64,000 nucleotides of DNA from an uncultured delta proteobacterium (GCA_963816395.1 CAWFKQ010000016.1:480001-544000); one strand, 5' to 3'. Counted from the stretch's first letter, positions 21,799-32,084 are shown. The notes: generated by a model not told the origin, from the sequence alone. Numbers and translations are program-made.

Positions 21799-22344
21799 GT
21801 GCTGCAAATCATCATTCACGGCAGAGGCGGCCAGGGAGCCCAGCTGGCCGGAACCATGCTGGCGGAAATGTTCTTCCAGGAAGGCCGGCATGTCCTGGCC
21901 TATGCCACCTATGGCGGGGCTCGCCGGGGAACGCTGGTCAGTTCGTCCCTGCGGGTGGACGAGAAGCCGATCCGGATGCGCTGCGACATCGACACCCCGG
22001 ATGCCATCGTCTGCTTTGACCCGAGTCTTCTGGCCATGACCCACCTGCTGCAGGTGGCCGCGGAGAAGACTCTGGTCCTGATCAACTCATCCCTTCCTGC
22101 GGAAGAGTTCAGCAAGCTGGGCAGATTCAAGGTGATGACGATCGACGCGCGGGCCATCGCCAGGGAAAACCAGCTGGCGAGGATCGTCAATACCACCCTG
22201 GTCGGCGCTTTGCTGGGCCATCTGGGCTACGGCAATCTCGATCTGCTGAAAAAGGTGATCGGCGAGACCAGCCCGGTCAAGGCCGAAAGCAATGTGGCGG
22301 CCTGCCTGGAAGGGTATCGCCTGGCCAGGGAAGGGGGCTGCTAG
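21799..22344 (+). CDS. 2-oxoacid:acceptor oxidoreductase gamma subunit (PadE-like)
   Basis: HGRGGQG, YGGARRG. Confidence 0.9.
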   Translation: MLQIIIHGRGGQGAQLAGTMLAEMFFQEGRHVLAYATYGGARRGTLVSSSLRVDEKPIRMRCDIDTPDAIVCFDPSLLAMTHLLQVAAEKTLVLINSSLPAEEFSKLGRFKVMTIDARAIARENQLARIVNTTLVGALLGHLGYGNLDLLKKVIGETSPVKAESNVAACLEGYRLAREGGC

Positions 22345-24014
22345 ATGGCGACTGCAAGCAAGAGGGTTCCGTCGATCTGGACCACGGGGTGGACGGAGGT
22401 CCTGAATACGGGAACCTGGCGAAACGCCATTGCCGTACATCAGAAGCGGCCGGCGCCCTGCCATGGCGCCTGCCCCGTCGATGGCGAGATTCCGGTGTGG
22501 GTCCGGCAGGTGCGCGAGGCAGACCTGCAGGGGGCCTGGCAGACTCTGGTCGAGAACAATCCGCTGCCTGCCACCATCGGCCGCACCTGTCATCACCCCT
22601 GTGAAAAGAAGTGCAACCGGGGGGAATATGACGGCGCCGTGGCCATCAATGCCCTGGAGCAATTCGTCGGCGACACGGCGATCCGCGAGGGATGGGCGCT
22701 GGCACCCGCCGCGGCCGAGCGGCCGCAGAAGGTGGCGGTGATCGGCGGCGGCCCGGCCGGGCTCTCCTGCGCCTACCAGCTGCGGCGCCAGGGGTTTCAG
22801 GTGGCCATCTACGACGCCAACCCGGAGCTGGGCGGCGTGCTGCGCTACGGCGTCCCCGAATACCGCCTGCCCAAGGGGGTGCTTGCCGACGAGGTCCAGC
22901 GGATCGTCGATCTGGGCGTTGAGGTGTACGCCTCGCGCAGCATCAGCGCCGCGGATCTGCCGATGCTGGAGCGGCAGTATGCGGCCGTTTTTATCGCCTT
23001 CGGCGCCCCCCGGCCCAAGCGACTGCCGCAGCTGCCGAAAAACGACGGCCGGGTGCTGGACGGGCTCGCCTTCTTGCGCAGCATCCGGGTGGGCGCCCCG
23101 CTGCCCCTGGGGCCGCGGGTCGTGGTCATCGGCGGCGGCAGCGTGGCCATGGATGTGGCCGGCTCGGTCCTGAGGCTGGGGCGCCAGGTCAGGCTTCTGT
23201 CACTGGAAGGCAGAGAGGTCATGCCCGCCCCCGAAGAGGAGATCGTCGATGTCCTTGACGAAGGCGCGCTGCTGTGTGACGCCGCCATGGTCAAGGCGCG
23301 TCGAGGCGTCCCGGGAGGCATTGCGGCTGCGCTGCGTCAAGGTCGATCTCGACCCCGAAGCGCCCCCCGGCGTGCTCCGCCCCCTGGAGATCGGGGGGAG
23401 CGATTTCTCCCTCGACGCCGAGACGGTCATCCTGGCGGTCGGCCAGGACCCGACTCTGGCCGATTGGGAGGGCTGCCTCCGAGTCAGCCAGTCGCTGGTC
23501 GTCGTCGACGGCGACTACATGACCAGTCGCCGCGGGCTCTTTGCCGCAGGCGACGTCGCCAGCGCCGAGCGTTTCGTCTCCACCGCCATCGGCGACGGGA
23601 AGCGGGCCGCCACCGCCATTGCCCGCTACCTCGACAGGCAGGATGCGCACTCGCCGGCAGCCGGCGACGGCGCCCCGGAGGTCGACTTCGCCGACATCAA
23701 CACCTTCTACTTCCCCCATCGGGAGCGCGCCGAGCGGCATAAGGTCCCCTCGCCGAGCCGGGCGGCCGACTTCCGGGAGATCAAGCGGGGTTTTGCCGCC
23801 GAAGCAGGCGCAGGCGCAGGCCGAGCGCTGCTTCAGCTGCGGCGCCTGCGTGGAATGCGACAACTGCCTCTACTTCTGTCCCGACATGGCCATCGTGAAA
23901 GACTCCGGCTCGCCCGTGCATTACGGGGTGCTCGACCAGTACTGCAAAGGGTGCGGCTGCTGCCTGGAGGAATGCCCCCGGGGAGCGATGGGCGTCAAGG
24001 AGGAAACCAAATGA
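22345..24014 (+). CDS. GltD-like FAD/NAD(P)-binding Fe-S subunit fused to a delta-type ferredoxin; frameshifts near 23300 and 23810
   Basis: TGTWR N-terminus, PCHGACP, GGGPAG, GGGSVAMD, AGDVA, CFSCGACVECDNC, CKGCGCC across three ORFs. Confidence 0.82.
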
Positions 24015-25168
24015 GTTCGGAACGTACCAGGATGCTTCTCAGCGGCAATCATGCCGTCTCCTATGCGGTCAAGGTGGCCCGGCCCAACGTGATTCCCGTC
24101 TATCCGATCACGCCCCAGACGCCGATCCTGGAGAAAATCACCGATTTTCAGGCCAGCGGCGAAATGTCGGCGGAGGTCATGACCATGGAGTCGGAGCATT
24201 CCGCCATGGCCGCCGCCATCACGGCGTCCCTGACCGGGGTGCGGGTCTTCACCGCCACGGCCTCCCAGGGCCTGCTGCTGATGCACGAGATGCTGCACTA
24301 TGCGGCCGGCGCCCGCGCCCCTATCGTCATGGCCAACGTCAACCGGACGCTCGGCTCGCCCTGGGGGTTCTGGCCCGACCAGACCGACAGCCTGGCGCAG
24401 AGGGATGTCGGCTGGATCCAGTACTACTGCGAAAACGGGCAGGAATCCCACGACACCACCCTGCAGGCCTTTCGGGTGGCCGAACAGGTCCTGCTCCCCG
24501 CCATGGTCATCCACGAGGCCTTCTACGTTTCCCATGCCCTGGAGGCGGTCGAGGTCGTCCCCCAGCAGGTGGTCGACCAGTACCTGCCCCCCTTCGACCC
24601 GCCGCACCGCCTCGACCCGGCGATCGGCGAATCCTGGGGCAACACCGTCTCCCAGGTCATGTTTCAGAACCATCGCCGGGACATGGGCGAGGCGATGGAG
24701 CAGGTGGTCGAGGTCGCCGAGCGGGCCGACCGGGAACTGCGGGAACTGGTCGGGCGGGGTTACGGCATCGTCGAGCGCTACCAGTATGCAGATGCCCGGT
24801 TCGTCATCGTCACCATGGGGAGCATGACCGGAACCGCCCGGGACGCCGTCGATGACCTGCGCGCCGAGGGGATCCCGGTCGGTCTGCTCAAGATCCGGCT
24901 GTTCCGGCCATTTCCCTCGGCGGCGGTGCGCCAGGCGCTCGCCGGCGTCGCCAAGGCCGTGGTTCTCGACCGGAATTTTGCCCCCGGCACCGGCGGCGTG
25001 CTCTTCCAGGAACTCAAGGCCGCCCTCTACGGCATGGCAGGGGCGCCGGAGATGCACGGCTACCTGGCGGGGGTCGGCGGGACCAGCATCTCGCCGGCGG
25101 CCATCAAGGAAATGCTCCGCGGCGCCCTCGCGGAGTCGCCGGCGGTCAATTCGGTATGGAAAGGGTGA
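24011..25168 (+). CDS. 2-oxoacid:acceptor oxidoreductase alpha subunit (PadG/PorA-like)
   Basis: YPITPQT, ESEHSAM, TATASQGL; ATG 24011 overlaps the previous stop. Confidence 0.92.
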   Translation: MSSERTRMLLSGNHAVSYAVKVARPNVIPVYPITPQTPILEKITDFQASGEMSAEVMTMESEHSAMAAAITASLTGVRVFTATASQGLLLMHEMLHYAAGARAPIVMANVNRTLGSPWGFWPDQTDSLAQRDVGWIQYYCENGQESHDTTLQAFRVAEQVLLPAMVIHEAFYVSHALEAVEVVPQQVVDQYLPPFDPPHRLDPAIGESWGNTVSQVMFQNHRRDMGEAMEQVVEVAERADRELRELVGRGYGIVERYQYADARFVIVTMGSMTGTARDAVDDLRAEGIPVGLLKIRLFRPFPSAAVRQALAGVAKAVVLDRNFAPGTGGVLFQELKAALYGMAGAPEMHGYLAGVGGTSISPAAIKEMLRGALAESPAVNSVWKG

Positions 25169-25175
25169 GGAGCAG

Positions 25176-26084
25176 ATGAGTTACCAGATAGCAGAGCAGA
25201 AAGTGTTCAATTCCGGCCACAGTGCCTGTCCCGGCTGCAGCGAGGCCCTGGCCATCCGCTTCATTCTCAATACCCTGGGACCCGATACGATCGCGGTGGT
25301 GCCCCCCTCCTGCATCGCCATCATCTCCGGGCCGCAGCCGCTGAGCTCCATGCGGATCCCCGTCTATCAGACCACCCTGGAAGCCAGCGCCGCCTCCGCC
25401 GCGGGCATCAAGAGAGCCCTGGTGGCAAAGGGGAACCACCATACCAGTGTCGTGGCCATCGCGGGGGATGGCGGAACCTACGATATCGGTTTTCAGGCTC
25501 TCTCCTCGGCGGCCGAGCGCCAGGAGGACATCATCTACATCTGCCTCGACAATGAAGGGTATATGAACACGGGCAGCCAGAAGAGCTCGGCGACCCCATC
25601 CCTTGCCTTTACCACCTCGACCCCGGCCGGCAAGCCGACCCCGAAGAAGAATGTCGCGGAAATCATGGCCGCCCACAATATCCCCTATGTGGCGACGGCC
25701 ACCACCGGCTACCCCGACGATCTGGCGCGAAAAGTCGCCCGCGCCATGGAGATCAAGGGGGGGCTGCGCTTTATCGTGGTGCTGACCCCCTGCCTGGACG
25801 GCTGGGGGATTCCCGACAACGCCGGCCCCAAGATCTCGCGGCTGGCCGTGGAATCGGGGATTTTCCCGCTGTATGAGGTCGAAAACGGGGAGCGCTACAC
25901 CCTCAGCCATGGACCAAAGGGGGTGGCCCTGGCCGACTATCTCTCCAGACAAAAACGCTATCAGCACCTGTCCCGGGAAGACGTGGATTTCCTGCAACAG
26001 GAGGTCGACCGCAACTGGCAGAGACTGCAGCCGAAGTTTTCGGCTGCCAGGGCTGACGGCGCAGGCCATGAACCGAGGGCGTGA
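25176..26084 (+). CDS. 2-oxoacid:acceptor oxidoreductase beta (ThDP) subunit (PadI/PorB-like)
   Basis: GHSACPGC, GDGGTYDIG, DNEGYMNTG. Confidence 0.92.
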   Translation: MSYQIAEQKVFNSGHSACPGCSEALAIRFILNTLGPDTIAVVPPSCIAIISGPQPLSSMRIPVYQTTLEASAASAAGIKRALVAKGNHHTSVVAIAGDGGTYDIGFQALSSAAERQEDIIYICLDNEGYMNTGSQKSSATPSLAFTTSTPAGKPTPKKNVAEIMAAHNIPYVATATTGYPDDLARKVARAMEIKGGLRFIVVLTPCLDGWGIPDNAGPKISRLAVESGIFPLYEVENGERYTLSHGPKGVALADYLSRQKRYQHLSREDVDFLQQEVDRNWQRLQPKFSAARADGAGHEPRA

Positions 26085-26169
26085 AGTTGATAATCGCTGC
26101 AGCTGGTCGCTTCGGCGCCCACCGCAGAGGAATCGTTTTCAACAACCTTTACCAGACAGGAGTTGAGTC

Positions 26170-26961
26170 ATGTACAAGTCGAATTCTTCACAGGGTTTGT
26201 CGCAGGTACTCGGCGGTCTCGCGGAGGGGAGCCTCAAGGTGGTCGATCTGACGCAGCCGCTGGGTGAAAACACCCCGGTGATCGCCCTTCCCCCCGAATT
26301 TGCCCAGTCCCCAGGCTTCTCCCGGGAGGTGATTTCCAGGTACGACGAGCGGGGGCCGGGCTGGTTCTGGCACACCATCCATGTCGGCGAGCATACCGGG
26401 ACCCATTTCGATGCCCCCGGCCACTGGGTGACGGGCAAGGATCTGCCGGATAACACCCTCGAGGCCATTCCCGCCGGCAAGCTGGTCGGCCCGGTCTGCG
26501 TCATCGACACCAGCAAAGAGTCCGCCGCCGACCACGATTTTCTCCTGACCCCGGAATATATCCAGCAGTGGGAGCAGGAACACGGCCGGATTCCCGCAGG
26601 TTCATGGGTGCTCATGCGCACCGACTGGTCAAAGCGCACCGATGCCGATGCCTTCCTCAATCTGCAGGAGGACGGCTCCCATTGCCCGGGGCCGAGCGCA
26701 GAGTGCATTCGCTTCCTGATCGGGCGTGACGTGCGCGGGTTCGGTACCGAGACCGTAGGGACCGATGCCGGCCAGGCGCATCTCTTCGACCCCATGTTTC
26801 CCTGCCATCATCTGATGCATGGGGCGGGCAAGTTCGGCTTGGCCAGCCTCTGCAACCTCGATCAAGTGCCGGCCACCGGGGCGATGCTCATCGCCGCGCC
26901 CATGAAGATCGTTGGCGGATCGGGCAGCCCGGTCCGGGTATTTGCCCTTGCACAGGTTTAA
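26170..26961 (+). CDS. Cyclase-family metallo-amidohydrolase, isatin-hydrolase-like
   Basis: GEHTGTHFDAPGHWVTGKD, SKESAADHDFLLT, GTDAGQA, FGLASLCNLD, GSPVR; resembles Labrenzia isatin hydrolase as I recall it, more than KynB. Confidence 0.85.
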   Translation: MYKSNSSQGLSQVLGGLAEGSLKVVDLTQPLGENTPVIALPPEFAQSPGFSREVISRYDERGPGWFWHTIHVGEHTGTHFDAPGHWVTGKDLPDNTLEAIPAGKLVGPVCVIDTSKESAADHDFLLTPEYIQQWEQEHGRIPAGSWVLMRTDWSKRTDADAFLNLQEDGSHCPGPSAECIRFLIGRDVRGFGTETVGTDAGQAHLFDPMFPCHHLMHGAGKFGLASLCNLDQVPATGAMLIAAPMKIVGGSGSPVRVFALAQV

Positions 26962-27134
26962 TTTGAGTATCGGATTGACGGCATTCGGAAACCGCGCAAT
27001 ATGGCGGGGCTGAGAGTGGCGCTGTTTCGACCTTCAGCCCGGCCATCTGAAAATAACCGGAAGAGGATGGCCGTTAGCTGGGGGTCGGTATGGCTCCTCC
27101 TAGCGGTCAGGCAGCCTGGAAGGGGTTGGCGTAA

Positions 27135-29047
27135 ATGAGGTACGCAGAGACAGGGTTCAACCTGGAAATTGACCTATCCCGAGGAAATATCGAGAGGGTA
27201 GCAACCGACCCGAATTTGACCAGGCTTCATCTGGGAGGGCAGGGGACGGCCGCGAAGATATTATGGGACAGGGTTCCTCCTGAAGTCGATCCCTTTTCTC
27301 CCGATAATCTGCTTATCTTCAGCACCGGTCTGCTGCATGGCACGCCTCGTGCCCGGGGCCAATCGTACCTCTGTCGATACCTTTTCTCCTCAGACAGGCC
27401 GGTATTCACATTCATTATTTGGCGGGTTTTTCGGACCCGAGCTGAAACATGCCGGTTACGACAAAATCGTCCTTCGCGGCAAGGCGCCCAGTCTGGTCTA
27501 CTTGTACATCCACAACGACAAGGTTGAAATCCGCGATGCCGGCCATCTTCAGGGGAAAGGCGCCTCGGAGACCGCTGCGCTCCTGAAAGAGGAGCTGAAG
27601 GACCCCGGAGTCCAGGTCGCCGCCATCGGCCTGGCGGGAGAAAACCGGGTCTATATGGCTTCCATCGAGCATGCCAACTCCAGCGCTTCTCGGGGGGTAG
27701 GCGTGATCATGGGAGATAAAAGGTTAAAAGCGATCGTTGTCCGAGGCACCAGGGACCTCAGTATCGCCCGGCCGGCCGAACTGTATCCCGATCTGCATCC
27801 GCATGGTCAGGGAAATCTATGAGAATCCAGATGCCGGGGATACCATGGCCCATGGGGAGGGGGACGAGTTCCACGTCGATAATTTCGCCTGGGGCAATGC
27901 GCGGGGGCGGAGAAAAGAATTTCTGGAACAAGGAACGGGAAGAGAATTGGGCTGGCGCTTGAAAACAGGCTGCGCCTTCGCTGGACGGGCTGCTATAACT
28001 GCCCGAAGGATTGCCATCAGGCGATCAACTACCCGGGGCGGCGGCCGTATTTCCAAAAATGCTACAGTAAGCTGACCTATGCGATGGCGGCCTATGAAGA
28101 ACTCGATTTTAATTACAACATAATCGGCATTACCCAGGAATACGGATTGGACGCCTACTCAACGCCGCAAGTCATGGCCTTTGCCATAGAGCTATACGAA
28201 GCCGGCATTCTGACTGACCAGGACCTGCCGGATTTTCCGGCCGACGGCGCGGAGAGATTTTTCTACCTGGTGGAAAAAATTGTTCGGCGGGAAGGGATTG
28301 GAGATATCTTAGCCAACGGCGTTTATTGGGCGGCCCGTCAGATTGGCAGGGGCGCGGAAGAATATGATCATAATACCATCAAGAAATTTGAGCAGGTGCC
28401 GATCAAGCTGGGTATGATCAATTATCCTTATTTCCTGATGTATGCCACCGGTGAGAAGATGAACATCACCCAGATTGAAGGGTCCTACCCCCAGATGCCC
28501 ATTGCCTGATCTGCAGGAGAGGAAAAAGTTTGTTGAAAATTGGGACGCAGCTCCTGAAAGGTTTAAAAAGTGGTTTTTGGAATGGGAGCCACGCCAACAT
28601 CCCTCTATAGAGGCGTCGGTGAACATCTGTGATTGGAATGAGACCATGCATTACGTGGATGACGCCATCGGCACCTGCGCCTTTCTGTCATCATTCAGAG
28701 GTCAGTTTGGCGGCAGACCCCCCTACCACATTTATAATCTGCCCGAGATTATTTCGCTTGCGACCGGGATGGATCTCGATACAGACGGGCTCTGGGAAAT
28801 AGCCAGCAGGAACCGAAACCTGATAAGAGCCATCAATGTGAGAAGAGGCTTGAGAAGAAGTGACGAGAAGCCGCCTGCCGACCATTGGAAGAAAAGAGAT
28901 CCCGAGATGGAAACCAAGCTGCTTGACGCGTACTATGAATTTAAGGGGTGGAATAATGAAGGTATCCCTACCAGGGAAACCCTGGACGCTCTGGCGTTGG
29001 ATTACGTGAGAGAAGATTTCGTGCAGGCGGGGATCTTGACGGCTTAA
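27135..29047 (+). CDS. BamB paralogue (W-pterin AOR family), several frameshifts
   Basis: MRYAETG start, KCYSKLTY, ATGEKMNITQIEG, KGWNNEGIPT; colinear with bamB at 54977 across five ORF fragments. Confidence 0.85.
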
Positions 29048-29150
29048 CCGAGACCTCCGCTGGGGGGTGCTTTTGCGGGTTACCCGAGACAGTCCGGCTC
29101 TTTCTGCCACCCGCTATGACAGGACGATTTACTCGATAACAGGAGAGACG

Positions 29151-29600
29151 GTGAAAACGAAAAAGATTGATCACATTTGCATTGCCGTAAAGGATCTCGA
29201 GGCCGCTCGGAAGGTGTGGGAACCAGTCCTTGGCAAGATGGAACCAGACGACCCTTACATCGACGAGCCAGAGAAGATTCGCGTTGCCCGCTACTGGCTT
29301 GGTGGCGTCGGCTTCGAGCTGATGGAGTCAACAGTTCCCGATGGGCCGGTGGCCAAGTGGATCGAGAAAAATGGAGAGGGGGTTATGCTCATCAGCTTCA
29401 ATACTGAGAACACTCGCGAATCCATTCGGGAACTCGAGGAAAAAGGGTATCCCTTTATCCCCAGTCCCGAACCCCTCGCAGACGATCCCACCGGGAAAGC
29501 CAGACCCTTTCGCAACTGCGAGTTCGCCTTCATTCATCCCAGAAAGATGAATGGGGTTCTCCTCGAGGTCATCGATTACAAATGGAAGGAACTCGAATAA
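29151..29600 (+). CDS. VOC-family protein (methylmalonyl-CoA-epimerase-like)
   Basis: IDHICIAV, FELME, FIHPRKMNGVLLE; AGGAG RBS before GTG. Confidence 0.85.
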   Translation: MKTKKIDHICIAVKDLEAARKVWEPVLGKMEPDDPYIDEPEKIRVARYWLGGVGFELMESTVPDGPVAKWIEKNGEGVMLISFNTENTRESIRELEEKGYPFIPSPEPLADDPTGKARPFRNCEFAFIHPRKMNGVLLEVIDYKWKELE

Positions 29601-29624
29601 TTGTCGCTGGGGGTCAGCAACAGC

Positions 29625-29659
29625 AAAGAGGAGCTCCAACGCTGGAGCTCCTCTTTTTT
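29625..29659 (+). terminator. Rho-independent terminator
   Basis: AAAGAGGAGCTCCA-acgc-TGGAGCTCCTCTTTTTT. Confidence 0.85.
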
Positions 29660-29709
29660 GCCTGCAGGGAGATGACAATAGATGCTGTCCTCTCCCACCT
29701 TCAACTTAA

Positions 29710-30906
29710 TTACACGCGCTCAACGATCGTTGCGATGCCCTGCCCGACGCCGATGCACAGCGACACCAGGCCATAACGCGATCCGCGGCGTTTCATCTCA
29801 TGGACCAGCGTCGCCGTGATGCGCGCACCTGTCGATCCGAGGGGGTGGCCCATGGCGATGGAGCCGCCGTTGACATTCACTTTCGCGGGGTCTATTCCCA
29901 ACTCGCGGATGCAGGGGATGGATTGGGCGGCGAAAGCTTCGTTCAACTCGAAAAGATCAATGTCCGAAATCTTCAGCCCAGCGCGCGCCAATACTTTCTG
30001 GGTGGCGGGGATGGGCCCCAGGCCCATGAACGATGGATCACAGCCGGCGACCGCACTCGCCACCACTCGCACGAGCGGCTTGTAGCCCAGGCGCTTCGCG
30101 GTCGCGGCTTCCATCAGCAGCACGGCAGCCGCACCGTCATTGATGCCGCTGGAATTGCCGGCGGTAACCGTTCCATCTTTTTTGAACGCGGGGCGCAACT
30201 TGGCAAGTTGCTCCATGGTCACATCGGGCCGCGGGAACTCGTCACGGTCGAAGATTATCGGATCCCCTTTCTTCTGCGGGATGGCAACGGGAACAAGTTC
30301 GTCCTTGAATTTCCCGGCAGCGTCCGCCTGGCCCCATTTTTGCTGGGTGGCAAAGGCAAATTCATCCTGCTCCAATCGGGTAAGGCCGTATTGCTGGGCG
30401 ACGTTCTCAGCGGTATCGCCCATGCCTTCTTTCGCGTACGCCGCCGTCATCTTCGGATTGGTAAAGCGCCAGCCAATCGTTGAATCAAAGACCTTGAAAT
30501 CGCGGGAAAAGGCGGATTCGGATTTGGCAACGACGAACGGCGCGCGGGTCATCGACTCGGTGCCGCCGGCGATGAACACCTCACCCTCGCCGAGCTTGAT
30601 CGCGTGTGCCGCACTGTTGATGGCATTCAAACCGGATGCGCACAGGCGATTGATCGTCTGGCCGGCGACCGAGTACGGCAGCCCCGCGAGCAATGCCGCC
30701 ATGCGCCCGACGTTGCGATTGTCATCCCCCGCCTGATTGGTGCAGCCCAGGACCACATCCTCGATCAGGCTGGCATCCAGATTATTGCGTTTGACGAGTT
30801 CCGCGATGCACAGCGCCGCCAGATCGTCCGAGCGTACATCTTTGAGCGCGCCGCCGAATCGTCCGACCGGGGTCCGTACGGCATCAATGATAACTGCTTC
30901 AGGCAT
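29710..30906 (-). CDS. Acyl-CoA thiolase (lower benzoyl-CoA pathway)
   Basis: NRLCASG, NEAFAAQ, GHPLG, CIGVGQG. Confidence 0.95.
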   Translation of the reverse strand: MPEAVIIDAVRTPVGRFGGALKDVRSDDLAALCIAELVKRNNLDASLIEDVVLGCTNQAGDDNRNVGRMAALLAGLPYSVAGQTINRLCASGLNAINSAAHAIKLGEGEVFIAGGTESMTRAPFVVAKSESAFSRDFKVFDSTIGWRFTNPKMTAAYAKEGMGDTAENVAQQYGLTRLEQDEFAFATQQKWGQADAAGKFKDELVPVAIPQKKGDPIIFDRDEFPRPDVTMEQLAKLRPAFKKDGTVTAGNSSGINDGAAAVLLMEAATAKRLGYKPLVRVVASAVAGCDPSFMGLGPIPATQKVLARAGLKISDIDLFELNEAFAAQSIPCIRELGIDPAKVNVNGGSIAMGHPLGSTGARITATLVHEMKRRGSRYGLVSLCIGVGQGIATIVERV

Positions 30907-30951
30907 TAGATCCTCCATTTACCTGGCCTAAAGTCCACCAGGGTTGCAAGT

Positions 30952-31695
30952 TTAGATGTATTGTCCGCCATCCACTTTGATCACTTCGCCGGTGATATGG
31001 CGCGCTTTTTCGGAACACAGGAAGGTGACCAGCCAGGCCACTTCTTCCGGCTGCCCCATGCGGCCCAGGACGATATCCGCAAGCGATTTCTGCTTTGCTT
31101 CTTCCGGCAAAGCCTTCATCATTTCTGTCTCGATCAGGCCCGGTGCGATGGCGTTGCAGTTCACGTTCGCCTTCGCCAGTTCGCGGGCGACGGTTTTGGT
31201 CAGGCCAATAATCCCGGCTTTGGCCGCCGAGTAGTTCGCTTGCCCGAATTTACCCCGCATGCCATTTATGGAAGTAACGTTGACGATTTTGCCGCTGCCC
31301 TGCTCCCGGAGCAAAGGCGCAACCGCGCGGATGTAGTTGAAGTAGCCCTTCAGATTGATGGCGAGAGCTTCGTCCCATTGCTCTTCAGTCATCTTCCAGA
31401 TGACCGCGTCGCGGTTAACGCCGGCATTGTTCACCAGAATGTCAACGCTGCCGAATTCCTTGACCACCTGGGCGACCATGTCCTGCGCATCTTTGAAGCT
31501 GGCCACATCCGCGCGAACCGCGATGGCGCGCCGCCCCATCTTCTGGATTTCTGCACAGATGGCGTTGGCTTCCGCGTCATGCTTGCGGTAATTGATCGCC
31601 ACGTTGGCGCCGTTCTTCGCCAGGTCGAGCGCGATCGCACTGCCAATACCAAGACTCGCGCCGGTCACGATAGCATTTTTTCCCTCGAGTTCCAT
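30952..31695 (-). CDS. FabG-like short-chain dehydrogenase
   Basis: TGASLGIG, NNAG, YSAAK. Confidence 0.93.
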   Translation of the reverse strand: MELEGKNAIVTGASLGIGSAIALDLAKNGANVAINYRKHDAEANAICAEIQKMGRRAIAVRADVASFKDAQDMVAQVVKEFGSVDILVNNAGVNRDAVIWKMTEEQWDEALAINLKGYFNYIRAVAPLLREQGSGKIVNVTSINGMRGKFGQANYSAAKAGIIGLTKTVARELAKANVNCNAIAPGLIETEMMKALPEEAKQKSLADIVLGRMGQPEEVAWLVTFLCSEKARHITGEVIKVDGGQYI

Positions 31696-31793
31696 TTCTC
31701 CTCCTTTTAAGCCTATTTGGGGTGGGTAGAACTGCCTTGAACGATTTTTTTCAGGGGATGGCCGATGGCGGCCGAAATCATTTTATGCAAATT

Positions 31794-31820
31794 AGTACTA
31801 TAATGCTTATTTGGAGTCAA
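31794..31820 (-). promoter_or_regulatory. SDR-thiolase promoter with degenerate operator
   Basis: Minus strand TTGACT-ccaaata-AGCATTATAG-TACT. Confidence 0.55.
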
Positions 31821-31970
31821 GAATTATCTTTACCAGATGGACGAGAGGCGCAGACCCTGGCGACCCCCCGAGTCGACGCTAGAGCGGAATTAATCCGACT
31901 CGTTCCACGCGGCGTCAAAGGGTGATTGCCCCAGAAGGAGGCAGGCTGCGGCTCGCATCCGGATATCTGC

Positions 31971-32005
31971 TTTACAAGGTCGGAAAATTTAGGTATTCTG
32001 GTACC
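31971..32005 (+). promoter_or_regulatory. MFS promoter with operator GGTATTCTGGTACC
   Basis: TTTACA-17 nt-TATTCT; operator at 31992-32005. Confidence 0.6.
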
Positions 32006-32084
32006 ATTATTCCTTCTTTCGGAATTTTAAGTAAAATTTTCTTCATTCTAATTGCAATCGAGTGAAGCCGCAAGGAAGGGAACG

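Noticed and set aside
17691..26084. Canonical phenylacetate pad cluster or respiratory polysulfide/formate enzyme
   Set aside because: No padJ-type ligase in the operon, different OFOR gene make-up, no Tat signal, and an isatin-hydrolase-like gene follows
27135..29047. Programmed ribosomal frameshifting in the split genes
   Set aside because: No consistent slippery sites, several shifts per gene, and a window-wide distribution
31850..31930. Structured ncRNA in the SDR-MFS spacer
   Set aside because: Only short stems (GAGTCG/CGACTC, GACGC/GCGTC) and no family I can recognise
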